A stretch of DNA of 64,000 nt from Candidatus Bathyarchaeota archaeon (GCA_963707955.1 OY970176.1:2112001-2176000), one strand, 5' to 3'. Counted from the stretch's first letter, positions 10,001-19,377 are shown. Numbers and translations are program-made. Notes: a model not told the origin generated them from the sequence alone.

Positions 10001-11941
10001 AGTCGGGTTATCTGCATTTTGACGAGTCTGGAAACTATGACTCCCTCTGGGATTTCTGGGCAGGGGGAGGCGGTGTTTACAACGTTGTTTACAACGTGAC
10101 TGTTTCGTGGACAGAAGGGGAGTATAACGCGGGAGGTGTGTGTAGCAGTCTTTTCGATTTCAGGTGGCCCACGAACATCACGTCGCAAGATGGCAACGTG
10201 ACAAGCGCCGAAGCAAACGTTAACGAGACTCTCAGTTTTGATCTCATCAACAGCAACAGTTCTTCCGGGCTGTCGGGGGAGCTTGTCTTCTTCGATGTTA
10301 ACGGCAGTTCATACAACGACGGCACGTGCACGCCCTTCAACAGTGTCTATAACGGCACAACCTTGCAGAACGGAACCGTTTCGTTCACGTGGCCAGTGCC
10401 CAGCGGCAACGGGACGTACGCTGTGACTGCCGTGTTCAACGGTAACACCGACTATTGCCCCTGCCAAGCCTGCATGGCCGTCACCGTCAAAGCGGTGCCC
10501 CTGGCAGTCTTGTTCAGCGTCACGCCAGACGAGTTTGAGTCAGGAACCACCGTGCTGCTGAATGCCACCATCATAGACCCCTCCGCAGATGCGCTCTTCA
10601 CAAATCAAAACGTGAACGTCAACTTCACCAGCGTGTACTCTAACGGCACCATCTCGCTTCTCGGCACGAACTGCACCAACTTGACGGGCATGGCCTTTTG
10701 GAGCCTGAACTATACCTACAACAATGGGACCGCTTGTGCCTACAAGGCTGACATAGTCCCAGACTACGCGAACGGCAGCCTCCATCAAGGCATCGCCAGC
10801 AGCCCCGTCCAGCTGACTGTGGCCAACCCCACCGTGCTCCTATTGAACGTTTCCCGCAACAGCTGTTCCACAAACCACATCATAGAAGGCTGGCTGATGT
10901 GCAACGGCACTGGCGTCAAGGACGAAACCGTGACCACCACCGTTAACGGCCAATCTTTCCAGAACACGACAGACAAGAACGGCTACTTCAACTTGACCCT
11001 CAACCTCCAACCAGAATGCCCCAACGGGCAAACCGCCTCCCAGAACGTCACCTACACGATAACAGCCAGCTTCGCAGGCGACCAGCCCACCAACGCCACT
11101 GCCTACGACAACACGCTGGACGGAGAACAGTACCCAGCGTGCACAACCGTACAGTACGGCTACGAACCCAGCAGCAACACCACTATGCTAACCGTCACCC
11201 CACAGTCCACGCAGGCTATGACAGCGACAGAGACGCCTAAGCAGATGGAGCAACAAGCTGAAAGTAACGGGTCGTTGAAGGTGTGGGTGGGACCTGGCAG
11301 TGGATGGTTAACCTGGTTTAAGACACACGTCATGGTTCACGTTGACTGGCTTAACCTGACAATAAGCGCGTGGGTGGGCTTTCCACTGGGAGCCGGAGTA
11401 GACGAGTGCAACGGACTCGAGAACGCTTTCATCGACGCTTACGAGGGCGTTCCGGACAGTGCGATAAGTGTCACCCAGAGCGCAGTGATAAACGGTATAG
11501 CTACGGCAGCAGCGGCTCTCTGTGACAGGATGGGTGGCAACCATAGCCACCATGGGACCAGAAGATCCATTGTACTGGGTTGCTCTAGGAATCTATGTTG
11601 GTGCCATGTCGGCCTCCTTTGGATTGATTTATGCATTGGCGGACAGGTCTCTTTCGAGGTCGATTCTTCTGGGAGTGGGAGGCGCGTTAATAGGCTTCGT
11701 GATAGGCATATATAGCGGGAATTTCATAGCTAACTGGTGGATATCTGCCTCCTTGTCATTGTCCACTGGATCCACGCTTCAGATCGCGGCTGCCAAAGCA
11801 ACCGTTAACTATTTCGGTTCCTTTGGCATCAAGCAGGTGGCCTATGTGCTAGGAGTCGCGTCTTGGTTCGACGTTGCATTCACCATCGCCACCGGAGCGC
11901 TCGGCGCAGTGGCATTTGGTATGGGTGAGTCAGAGGGCTAG
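7051..11941 (+). CDS. Giant secreted Ig-like repeat protein with internal dockerin-like motif and hydrophobic variable C-terminal tip (putative polymorphic effector); +1 frameshift at ~11521
   Basis: N-terminal hydrophobic signal; many NxT/S sequons; Ig-like repeats (A.FAGD, F.GNTDY); DVDHDGWV...YDLNGDGVINDTD. ORF 7051-11715 joins ORF 11522-11941 if one T is removed at ctc[t]gtg, giving a continuous Ala/Gly-rich hydrophobic tip. Confidence 0.8.
10290..11283 (+). repeat. Conserved 3' body of the giant gene (copy 1 of the repeated module)
   Basis: FDVNGS...YNGTT...DYCPCQ...FSVTPD.FE.GTTVLLNATIIDPS...QGIASSPVQLTV.NPTVLLLNVSR...TASFAGD.PTNATAYDN...ETP is repeated at ~12820-13809 and partly at 15274-15497. 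Confidence 0.9.
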
Positions 11942-11948
11942 CCGGATT

Positions 11949-12428
11949 ATGGACAGGAATCGTGGTGGAGGGCCTCCGCAAATCTACGGAATCATCTTCA
12001 TAATATTCGTTACAGTCATCAGTCTCTTGGGATCATGGCTTTCGCTGGTTGTGGTGAGGGATCTTGGGTTGAAAGAAGAGAAGGCCTTCCTTGCGTTTGC
12101 GTGGCGCGTGGTTTTCTTTAGTTTTCTATTCATCTTTTTCCCGATGTCGGTTGCCATAGAAATCATGTTTAGTCGATGGAAAAAGAGAAAGTTGCGTGTG
12201 CATAGCGTTCTCGCAGTCGCTCTATTGCTGTTCGTATACATGCTTGTCCTGTCTCTAATTGGGTTCATTTTTGAAGAAGTGTTTCCTAGTCTTTATTTCA
12301 CCAATGAACCTTTTCTCGGCCTGACTGGACTGGTGCTGGGCTTTATGGTGATGCTCCCCCTGTTGATCGTTGTGTTTACAGCTAGAGCCCGAAAAATCCA
12401 TGCTTACATTAGAAAAGCCTTCGAGTAA
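11949..12428 (+). CDS. Small 4-TM membrane protein, putative cognate immunity/partner of tip 1
   Basis: ATG 7 nt after the stop of tip 1; four hydrophobic helices with basic loops (RWKKRKLR); no recognisable family. Confidence 0.75.
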   Translation: MDRNRGGGPPQIYGIIFIIFVTVISLLGSWLSLVVVRDLGLKEEKAFLAFAWRVVFFSFLFIFFPMSVAIEIMFSRWKKRKLRVHSVLAVALLLFVYMLVLSLIGFIFEEVFPSLYFTNEPFLGLTGLVLGFMVMLPLLIVVFTARARKIHAYIRKAFE

Positions 12429-12562
12429 GAGGCATTATATAGCCGACGTAATTAGCTCGCACGGTTTCCTCATATCAGATCCACACGCCCTCTATTTACT
12501 ACGTGTGCGGGAAGAGAAGCGCGCGCTACAGAGAAAAGGGGATAGTACAAATTCACCCCAGT

Positions 12563-12589
12563 GGGTTTCAAGTCCCTGCGGGCCCGCCA
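12563..12589 (+). other. Isolated tRNA 3'-end fragment (att-like scar)
   Basis: GGG-T-TTCAAGT-CCCTG-CGGGCCC-G-CCA resembles a T-loop, T-stem, acceptor 3' strand and CCA, with no tRNA 5' half upstream. A hairpin follows at ~12594-12614. Confidence 0.55.
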
Positions 12590-12768
12590 CCCACGGAGCG
12601 CATTAGCGCCTCCGCGCTCGGTAATGCCCCTTTCTTTCTCCATTTTAAAGCTTGCTAGGCGTCTTAGAGCAAACCTTTAATTGGACTTTCGGAATCAAAA
12701 CGTGTCAAGTCCAACTAGCGCTTCATCTTACTCACAGGTTGCTCCATGGTTGTTGCTTTTATGATTAG

Positions 12769-14337
12769 CGCGCGCTCAACGGAATCAACTCTTCCTATGC
12801 GAATGAAGAGCCTATCTGCTTCGACGTCAACGGTAGCTACTTCGATGGCAGCACAGTCAACGTCTTTAACGCGGTCTACAACGGCACCACTGTACCACCA
12901 TTGCGCAAGGCCCAGTTGACTTGGTACGTGCCCTACGGCGAAGGAACGTACGATGTGACTGCTATGTTCAGCGGTGACAACTACGATTGCCCCTGCCAAA
13001 CCAGCATCGTCGCCAACGCCAGCGCGGTGCCCCTCAGAATCCTGTTCAGCGTCACCCCGGACAATTTTGAAAACGGAACCACCGTGCTGCTGAACGCCAC
13101 CATCATCGACCCCTCCACGGGAGCGCCCTTCACAAGCCAGAGTGTGAACGTCAACTTCTACAACGTGGACTCTAACGGCGTTCAGCAGAAACTAGGCACG
13201 AACTCCACCGCCGGCGGCATGGCCTTCTGGAGCACGACCTACACGAGCAACGGAACCGCATACGCCTACAAGGCCGACATAAACGCGGACTCCGTGAGCG
13301 GTGTCCTCCGTCAAGGCATCGCCAGCAGCCCCGTCCAGCTCACCGTAGGCAACCCAACCGTGCTCCTGCTGAACGTTTCCCGAGCCAACTCTTCCACAAA
13401 CCACACGATTGAGAGCCAACTGCTGAGCGATGGCACGGGCGTCTCGAACGAGACCGTGACCATCACCGTTAACGGCCAATCTTTTCAGAACAAGACAGAC
13501 CAGAACGGCTACTTCAACTTAACCATCGACCTCGAGCCCGAATGCCACAACGGCACTACCGCGTACCAGAACGTTACCTACACGATAACAGCCAGCTTCG
13601 CAGGCGACGTGCCCACCAACGCCACCGCCTACGACAACGCGCTCGACGGCACCAACTACACAGCATGCACAACCGTTCAGTACGTTTACGAGCCCAGCAC
13701 CAACAGCACAATACTGACCGTAACCCCACAATCAACATTGACGGCACTGCTGACCGAGACGCCTCAAGAGATGCAGAAACAAGCAGAGCAGAATGGGACG
13801 CTCAAGGTCAAAAACCAGTGGAGCTGGTGGTATCCATGGTACAGAGTCCATTATCAGTTTATCCCAAATGGTACTGTTGAATACGATTATGGCGTCAGTC
13901 CGCTACCTTTTGGAAATACGCTAGCGTACACCAAATATATGAATAATACCGTGGTCAACTTCGTGCTGAACGCCAACTTGGCCATACTTAGCGCGATTAC
14001 TCTCTCTGAATATCAAGGATACATCATCAGTATGCTTGGGCCCGCGGGATTTCTAGGTGCACTCATAATCTCTCTTACTACAAAGCTGGGCGCATTGGCC
14101 GCAAACTGGAACTCAGTCGGGGGACTTGAGAGCATTTTGGCTGGCAGCGCAGTTTCTATGGGAGTGGGCCTACTGAAAAATTTAGGATCAATCATCGAGA
14201 TAGTGAGCGAAACGATGGGCATGGCTGAAGTTGGTTTCGGAACCCTGTACTGCCTGCTCAGCGTGCCTATAAATATAGCATTTTGGATAGTTATCTTTGA
14301 CAGGCTCAGTCAATTGGGTGCTGGAGTGAGGTTCTGA
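12769..14337 (+). CDS. Orphan cassette 2: 5'-truncated copy of the giant-gene body with a different hydrophobic C-terminal tip
   Basis: Frame is open from just after TAG 12766-12768 (…INSSYANEEPICFDVNGSY…), with no signal peptide and homology starting upstream of the first start codon. High similarity to 10290-11283, diverging after ETPQEMQKQAEQNGTLKV. Confidence 0.8.
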   Translation, partial: RALNGINSSYANEEPICFDVNGSYFDGSTVNVFNAVYNGTTVPPLRKAQLTWYVPYGEGTYDVTAMFSGDNYDCPCQTSIVANASAVPLRILFSVTPDNFENGTTVLLNATIIDPSTGAPFTSQSVNVNFYNVDSNGVQQKLGTNSTAGGMAFWSTTYTSNGTAYAYKADINADSVSGVLRQGIASSPVQLTVGNPTVLLLNVSRANSSTNHTIESQLLSDGTGVSNETVTITVNGQSFQNKTDQNGYFNLTIDLEPECHNGTTAYQNVTYTITASFAGDVPTNATAYDNALDGTNYTACTTVQYVYEPSTNSTILTVTPQSTLTALLTETPQEMQKQAEQNGTLKVKNQWSWWYPWYRVHYQFIPNGTVEYDYGVSPLPFGNTLAYTKYMNNTVVNFVLNANLAILSAITLSEYQGYIISMLGPAGFLGALIISLTTKLGALAANWNSVGGLESILAGSAVSMGVGLLKNLGSIIEIVSETMGMAEVGFGTLYCLLSVPINIAFWIVIFDRLSQLGAGVRF

Positions 14338-14340
14338 GCG

Positions 14341-15111
14341 TTGGACAATTTGCATGCGAAAGGCTGGCATTGGACTAAACAAGTAGTCGGGTTGTTGCTT
14401 ATTGCAGCCGGAATACTTGTGTTCTATTTTGCCGCCGCGGTCATTGCTTCAACCAGCCTGACTGGTGCCCTTCTCTCTGCTTGGGTGGCTTCGGGGTTGA
14501 TTTGCGCAGGAAGTTTCCTTGTTATTCAGTTTGACATGCGTCGTTATTTACGATCGGTGCTTCTTGTCTTCGTCGTTCTGCTTGGGTGGACCATGGTTTT
14601 GCTGTTGCAGCTTCCGGGCAACTTTCAGATATTCATGTTCGCGTTTACAAGTTTCATTTTCGGCTTGTTCTTGTACTACTGGAAAAAGAAACCTGTAATT
14701 TCATGGAGATCGCCAAGCGTTCACAGACGCCTATTAGCCATTGCTGGAGCTGTTCTCCTTGTGCCCAGCTTCACACTATTCATTATGTTTGTAAGCATCG
14801 TGGATGACTTGGGCTTGTTTGTTGGTTGGCTTTCCATGTTGCCTGCAAGTTTAGGCCTCTTGGTAGGTTTTCAACTAGTTAGAGGAAAGAGGCTCAAAGA
14901 TGCGGTATTAGCTTGGCTTGTCTTGGATGCCATTATGCTGTACCCGTTCCTCGTTGTTTTGCCTACGGCATTCAGCATGCCGATAGCGTACCAGATCGTC
15001 GTGGAGGCTTTGATTATCGTCCTGACAGTGGTAGCGTTTGTGGTCGGGGTGCATAGCTATCGCAAAAGGTATAGCAGGCGTATGTTGAAGCAGGTAGCGC
15101 GCGCGTGGTAG
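14341..15111 (+). CDS. Multi-pass (~8 TM) membrane protein, putative immunity/partner of tip 2
   Basis: TTG start 3 nt after the cassette 2 stop; almost wholly hydrophobic with basic tail; not obviously similar to partner 1. Confidence 0.75.
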   Translation: MDNLHAKGWHWTKQVVGLLLIAAGILVFYFAAAVIASTSLTGALLSAWVASGLICAGSFLVIQFDMRRYLRSVLLVFVVLLGWTMVLLLQLPGNFQIFMFAFTSFIFGLFLYYWKKKPVISWRSPSVHRRLLAIAGAVLLVPSFTLFIMFVSIVDDLGLFVGWLSMLPASLGLLVGFQLVRGKRLKDAVLAWLVLDAIMLYPFLVVLPTAFSMPIAYQIVVEALIIVLTVVAFVVGVHSYRKRYSRRMLKQVARAW

Positions 15112-15263
15112 TGCGTCGTGTGTCGTGTGTGTTCGCCTTGGACTTGCCCGCTCTCTCTTAGGGTTAACGGCATTAAGGTAAGGTGGCTGAGACGAGCGTG
15201 GGCGGCTTGTGGGAAGGCGGCTTCAGTTTCATTCGACTTCCCAGCTATAGAAGACAACGCGAT

Positions 15264-15856
15264 AACGTAACAGTAACAGCCAGCTTCGCAGGCGATCACC
15301 CCACAAACGCCACCGCCTACGACAACACGCTAGACGGAGAACAGTACCCAGCGTGCACAACCGTCCAGTAGGGCTACGAACCCAGCAGCAACAGCACAAC
15401 GTTAACCGTGACTCCACAGTCTACTCAGGCGGCGATGCTCGCAGAGACGCCTCAACAGATTCAGCAGAACGCAACAAACAGCGGGTGGCTTAGTGTCTAC
15501 AGCCAGTGGAGCTGGTGGTACCCATGGTTCAGATTTCACTTTAAGTTTACTCCAGACGGCGCCTCGCATTTGACATAGGAATTTCCGCTTTGCCCTTAGG
15601 CAACGCAGTGAAAGTTGGGTCAGCCATGACAGGTGTAACTGGTTTGTTGTCGAAAGTGATGGTTTCCATTACCAGTGCAATAGCTTTGTTTGACAGGCTT
15701 GGGAATATTGTTGCTGTCGCTGGTCCTGAAGCATTTGCTGGTGCGCTTATGGTTTCATTTACGGCCAAGTTATCGGCATTAATCGCAAACTATAATTCGG
15801 CTGACGGGCTAATCAGTGCATTTTTTGGCACTGCTGCTCGGATTCTACGTTTATAG
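15264..15856 (+). pseudogene. Orphan cassette 3: degenerate body fragment plus tip paralogous to tip 2
   Basis: NVTVTASFAGDHPTNATAYDNTLDGEQYPACTTVQ*GYEPSSN...ETPQQIQQNATNSGWLSVYSQWSWWYPWFRFH. TAC>TAG at 15369-15371, -1 frameshift at ~15562, then AFDIGISALPLGN...GPEAFAGALMVSFTAKLSALIANYNS. Confidence 0.8.
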
Positions 15857-15899
15857 CAAGCACAGACGAGCTAAACTACGCAACGCGACATCAAGCTGA
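15828..15899 (+). pseudogene. Probable 3' remnant of a third membrane partner gene
   Basis: ALLLGFYVYSKHRRAKLRNATSS* is a last TM plus basic tail like the end of partner 2 (FVVGVHSYRKRYSRR), and begins where tip-2 homology stops. Confidence 0.45.
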
Positions 15900-16025
15900 T
15901 AGAGGAACACAGCAATCTATGAGCGCGCGCACGCCCAAAATAGGACAGAAACCTAGAGCCAATTGCTGACTGAGACGCAACCTGTAAAGGTCTCGGCTTT
16001 TAAGGGCACGCGCATTTGGGAAAGG

Positions 16026-16120
16026 TGGGCCCGGGGCGATTTGAACACCCGACCAACAGGTCTCTCAACGCATTGAGCATTTATGAGCCTGGCGCTCTAA
16101 CCTAGCTGAACTACGGGCCC
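16026..16120 (-). tRNA. tRNA with CAT anticodon (probably tRNA-Ile2, otherwise Met) with 20-nt intron at 16062-16081
   Basis: GGGCCCG acceptor, D-arm AGCTAGGTTA, CCAGG-CT-CAT-A, intron at 37/38, GGGTG-TTCAAAT-CGCCC, CGGGCCC-A. The GGGCCC acceptor fits archaeal Ile better than Met. Confidence 0.88.
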
Positions 16121-16230
16121 AGACCTTAGTTTGATCTCTTTAGTATGCTGTTTCAGAGTCAATTTAAACGTTTTCCGCATTTGGGCCGCTGTCATGAAAG
16201 CGCGTGTGCCCATTCAGAAACAGCTTGTAA

Positions 16231-17124
16231 TCATGAATGACTGCGGCCTTGAGTGCGTTCATAATGATACAGGTATTCTTGTGCGTAACCCGCGTACTTG
16301 CCAAAGTAGTGTCTTCCAAACAAATTCAGCTGCTTGTATCCTGACTCGCTGAGGGATTTTTGACGAGAGATGGTGTCCACAAACTCGCTCGGAAAACTAC
16401 TGGCATAATGCCTCAAAACCGCTCTTCTGATCCATACATCCACTGGAAAAGCATCGAGTTTCTCAAGAGAAAAAAGCAGGACACAGTCCGCCACCTTGGG
16501 GCCTACTCCAGGAAATCTGAGCAATTCCTCTTTTGCTTGGTCATAGGTTGCTTTTCTTAAGTGTTCTAGTTCATAGTCGTTTTTGAAGATTTCCTTGGAG
16601 GTTTCTGAAACGTACTTCGCTCTGTAGCCGAGTTCGCATTCTCTTAGATTCCTTGAAGTTGCCTTGGCCAGTTTCATCGGGGTCGGAAACGTGAAGAAAC
16701 TGTAACCATCAAGAACGACTTCTTTCCCGAATTTTCTGGAAAGACACAACAGCATCCTTTCTATCGCTGCAATATTTTTGTAGGTTGCGCAGATGTATGA
16801 GATGAGACATTCCCATGGGTCTTGCCGAAGAATGCGGAGACCCTTGAACTCTTCAATCGCTTTCCCTATGTGCTTGTCCTTGTTGATTTGAGAGAAAATC
16901 TCTGGCAGATTATCGTTCAACCCGAAATATCTTCTGACAAAGTCTTCACTTGCATTTTCAAACTCCAGCTTGTCTCCGCTCTGTCGAACTTTGAAAACAT
17001 TTTCTCCAACTGTACCGTACCACCAATCGTCCTTTTTTTTCCACCTAAACGTCTGTCCACAACACAAGGTGAAGTCCAAATCAAAAGGAACTGAAAGATC
17101 CAATTGAACCATATTCGATCTCAC
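16231..17124 (-). CDS. 8-oxoguanine DNA glycosylase (OGG1/AlkA-like HhH-GPD)
   Basis: TLCCGQTFRW, GLRILRQDPWECLISYI, LGYRAKY, PGVGPKVADCVLLF, FPVDVW, AGYAQEYLY. Confidence 0.92.
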   Translation of the reverse strand: MRSNMVQLDLSVPFDLDFTLCCGQTFRWKKKDDWWYGTVGENVFKVRQSGDKLEFENASEDFVRRYFGLNDNLPEIFSQINKDKHIGKAIEEFKGLRILRQDPWECLISYICATYKNIAAIERMLLCLSRKFGKEVVLDGYSFFTFPTPMKLAKATSRNLRECELGYRAKYVSETSKEIFKNDYELEHLRKATYDQAKEELLRFPGVGPKVADCVLLFSLEKLDAFPVDVWIRRAVLRHYASSFPSEFVDTISRQKSLSESGYKQLNLFGRHYFGKYAGYAQEYLYHYERTQGRSHS

Positions 17125-17193
17125 GTTAACCTTTCTTCAAAGTAGTTTTAAACCCTTATTATTCAAGACCGCAGGAAGCTGGCAACTTCCAGG

Positions 17194-19377
17194 TCAGCTG
17201 AGGATCTCGTCTACAAAAGCCTTCGGTTGAGGAACTTCCGCAGGCAAACCTCTTCCAACGCGGAGCTGTGTGACAACTTCAGCCTCAAGCTTTTGAGCCA
17301 TTTTCTCCCAATGGTCAAAAGTCAGCTGCCAAAAAACATGGCCGGAAGTTGCAGCACGCATTTCTGCAGGAAGGCCCAAAGTCTGTGCGACTGGCACGTA
17401 GCCCGTGATGATTGCTGACTGTCCTTTCTGCTGAGTGGCCTCTATTTTTCCGTGTCTGCGAGTTATTATCTTGGAGCACGTGCCAAGCCATTGCAGTGGA
17501 ACGGACACTTCGACTTTGTAAATCGGCTCCAAAAGTGCGGGGTTAGCCGTCAACAACGAACCCAGAATTGCGCGGCTTATTGCCCGCGTCACCTGACTTG
17601 GTTCTCGATTTTCAGGGTTTCCGTCAAGCTTCACGTCCATAAGCTTTACTTTCACGCCTCTCAAAGGATGTTCGCTAAGGGGCCCAGTTCTACATGCCCA
17701 ATAGAACCCTGACACAACATCGTTCTTCACCTCTTGAAGATGCTCAGCATGCTTAGTTGAATCTACCAGAACGTTGATGCGCTCGTCCACGGCCCAAATC
17801 TCTCCCTCTCCACTTTTTCCAAACTTGCTTTTACTGTATGTGAGGCTTTTTTCTAGGACTGTTATCGCTTTGCTTTCAAGCGGCTCTATCTTTATCCAGA
17901 ACTTGTTACGCTTGTTGGGGCTGTTCGTCATCACCAGTGCTCCACTCTTGAGAACAGTTTCTCTATACGCTGCAATCGGACTAGTTGCTTCAAGCTTGAC
18001 ATCACCAATGTACTTCTTCAAGAAGTTCATCGCGACCTCCAGGTGAAGTTCGCCCATCCCGCTAAGCAAGTGTTGACCCGTTTCAGTATCCAGCGTTGTA
18101 ATGAGGTTTGGGTCTTCAATCGAAAGTTTTTTCAGTCCCTCAAGAAGGCTTTCTAAGTCTTTAGGGTTCTTCGGTTCTATCGCTATCGTCATGACAGGCT
18201 CTGAAACATACTGGGCATTCCCAAACGGAATGCTCATGCTCTTGTGTTCAACATCGACAACCGTTTCCCCGGCCCTTGCCGATTCAAGCCCTGTCAAGGC
18301 AGCAATGTTGCCAGCCGAAATAAGGCTCACAGTTTCCCTGAAAGCGCTCATGTAGAGGGAAACTTGTTGCACGCAATGGACTTTGCCTGCGCCAACTAAG
18401 TAAACATCGTCGCCCTTTTTCACAGATCCTGAGAAGATCCGTCCAGTGGCAACCAAACCCTCGTTCTGAACCACCTGAGCCGCAGTTATGCCTATCACCG
18501 TTGGTCCTTGATCGTCGCAGTTTGCCATTGCCTGACCGATTTCTGACGTCAAACTGCCTTTCCAGATCTTCGGTACGCGGTATCGTTGGCTTTCCAGAGG
18601 GCTAGGCAGGTTCTTCACGACCATGTCAAGTATGGCTGTGTAGAGGGGAACAACTTTCGAGAGTTCCCGCCATGTTTCATGCTCATAAGCGTCCGCGATG
18701 TCGCGGTCACTGAATCTTATGCCCTTCTTCTCAGCTATTTCCAGAGTGAATCCCCACCTGTGAAGTGCTGAACCGAAGACAACACTCTGTTTTGAAGGGT
18801 CAACTTTCCATTTGGCGCTGAACCTTGGCTCGCCATAGATCTCGATGATGTTGTTGAAGTCGGTGATAATGCGGACAAATTTTTTCTGAATCGCATCGGG
18901 GGAAAGCTTGAGCTCCCTTATCAGACGGTCAACCTTGTTTATGAAGAGAACAGGTCTCACCCTCTCCTCGAGAGCTTGACGCGTGACAGTTTCTGTCTGA
19001 GCCATAACCTCTTCCACAGCGTCCACGACGACGATTGCCCCATCAACCGCGCGTAAAGCCCTGGTCACTTTACCAGTGAAGTCTACGTGCCCAGGAGTGT
19101 CGACCAGGTTTATCAGGTAAGGGGACCCGTCGACTTCGTGCAGGAATGATATGTTTGCTGTTTTAATCGTGATTCCGCGTTTTTGTTCTTCTTCTAAATA
19201 GTCGAGAACTCTTGCTGAACCCGTTACGCGTGATGGCAGAAGTCCCGCTTCGATCAGCAGCGAATCTGTCATCGTTGTCTTTCCATGGTCGATGTGGGCC
19301 ACTACGCAGACGTTGCGAATACGCTCTTTCTTGCCCATTAGCTTCAGCAATTCTGCCGTCTGTCGAAACTTTGGCAT
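17194..19377 (-). CDS. Elongation factor 2 paralog (aEF-2p) lacking the diphthamide motif
   Basis: AHIDHGKTT, RGITIK, DTPGHVDF, NKVD, GMGELHLE; domain IV HEDxxHRG replaced by DGNPENRE. Confidence 0.9.
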   Translation of the reverse strand: MPKFRQTAELLKLMGKKERIRNVCVVAHIDHGKTTMTDSLLIEAGLLPSRVTGSARVLDYLEEEQKRGITIKTANISFLHEVDGSPYLINLVDTPGHVDFTGKVTRALRAVDGAIVVVDAVEEVMAQTETVTRQALEERVRPVLFINKVDRLIRELKLSPDAIQKKFVRIITDFNNIIEIYGEPRFSAKWKVDPSKQSVVFGSALHRWGFTLEIAEKKGIRFSDRDIADAYEHETWRELSKVVPLYTAILDMVVKNLPSPLESQRYRVPKIWKGSLTSEIGQAMANCDDQGPTVIGITAAQVVQNEGLVATGRIFSGSVKKGDDVYLVGAGKVHCVQQVSLYMSAFRETVSLISAGNIAALTGLESARAGETVVDVEHKSMSIPFGNAQYVSEPVMTIAIEPKNPKDLESLLEGLKKLSIEDPNLITTLDTETGQHLLSGMGELHLEVAMNFLKKYIGDVKLEATSPIAAYRETVLKSGALVMTNSPNKRNKFWIKIEPLESKAITVLEKSLTYSKSKFGKSGEGEIWAVDERINVLVDSTKHAEHLQEVKNDVVSGFYWACRTGPLSEHPLRGVKVKLMDVKLDGNPENREPSQVTRAISRAILGSLLTANPALLEPIYKVEVSVPLQWLGTCSKIITRRHGKIEATQQKGQSAIITGYVPVAQTLGLPAEMRAATSGHVFWQLTFDHWEKMAQKLEAEVVTQLRVGRGLPAEVPQPKAFVDEILS

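Noticed and set aside
11522-11715. C-terminus of the 1554-aa ORF (CDRMGGNHSHH...RDRHI)
   Set aside because: Out-of-frame product of the +1 shift; the coherent hydrophobic tip is in the 11522-11941 frame.
4469-15371. Genome-wide amber (pyrrolysine) recoding suggested by in-frame TAGs at 4469 and 15369
   Set aside because: TAG ends intact genes here (for example mgsA, eL38 and both acyl-CoA dehydrogenases). The 15369 TAG replaces TAC in a fragment that also has a frameshift. No pyl genes are seen.
7051-15899. Diversity-generating retroelement (TR/VR) explanation for the repeats
   Set aside because: Differences between copies are mostly third-position changes of all types, not adenine-specific, and there is no reverse transcriptase in the window.
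17194-19377. Calling this gene the canonical fusA/EF-2
   Set aside because: It lacks the diphthamide motif and the usual ribosomal operon context.
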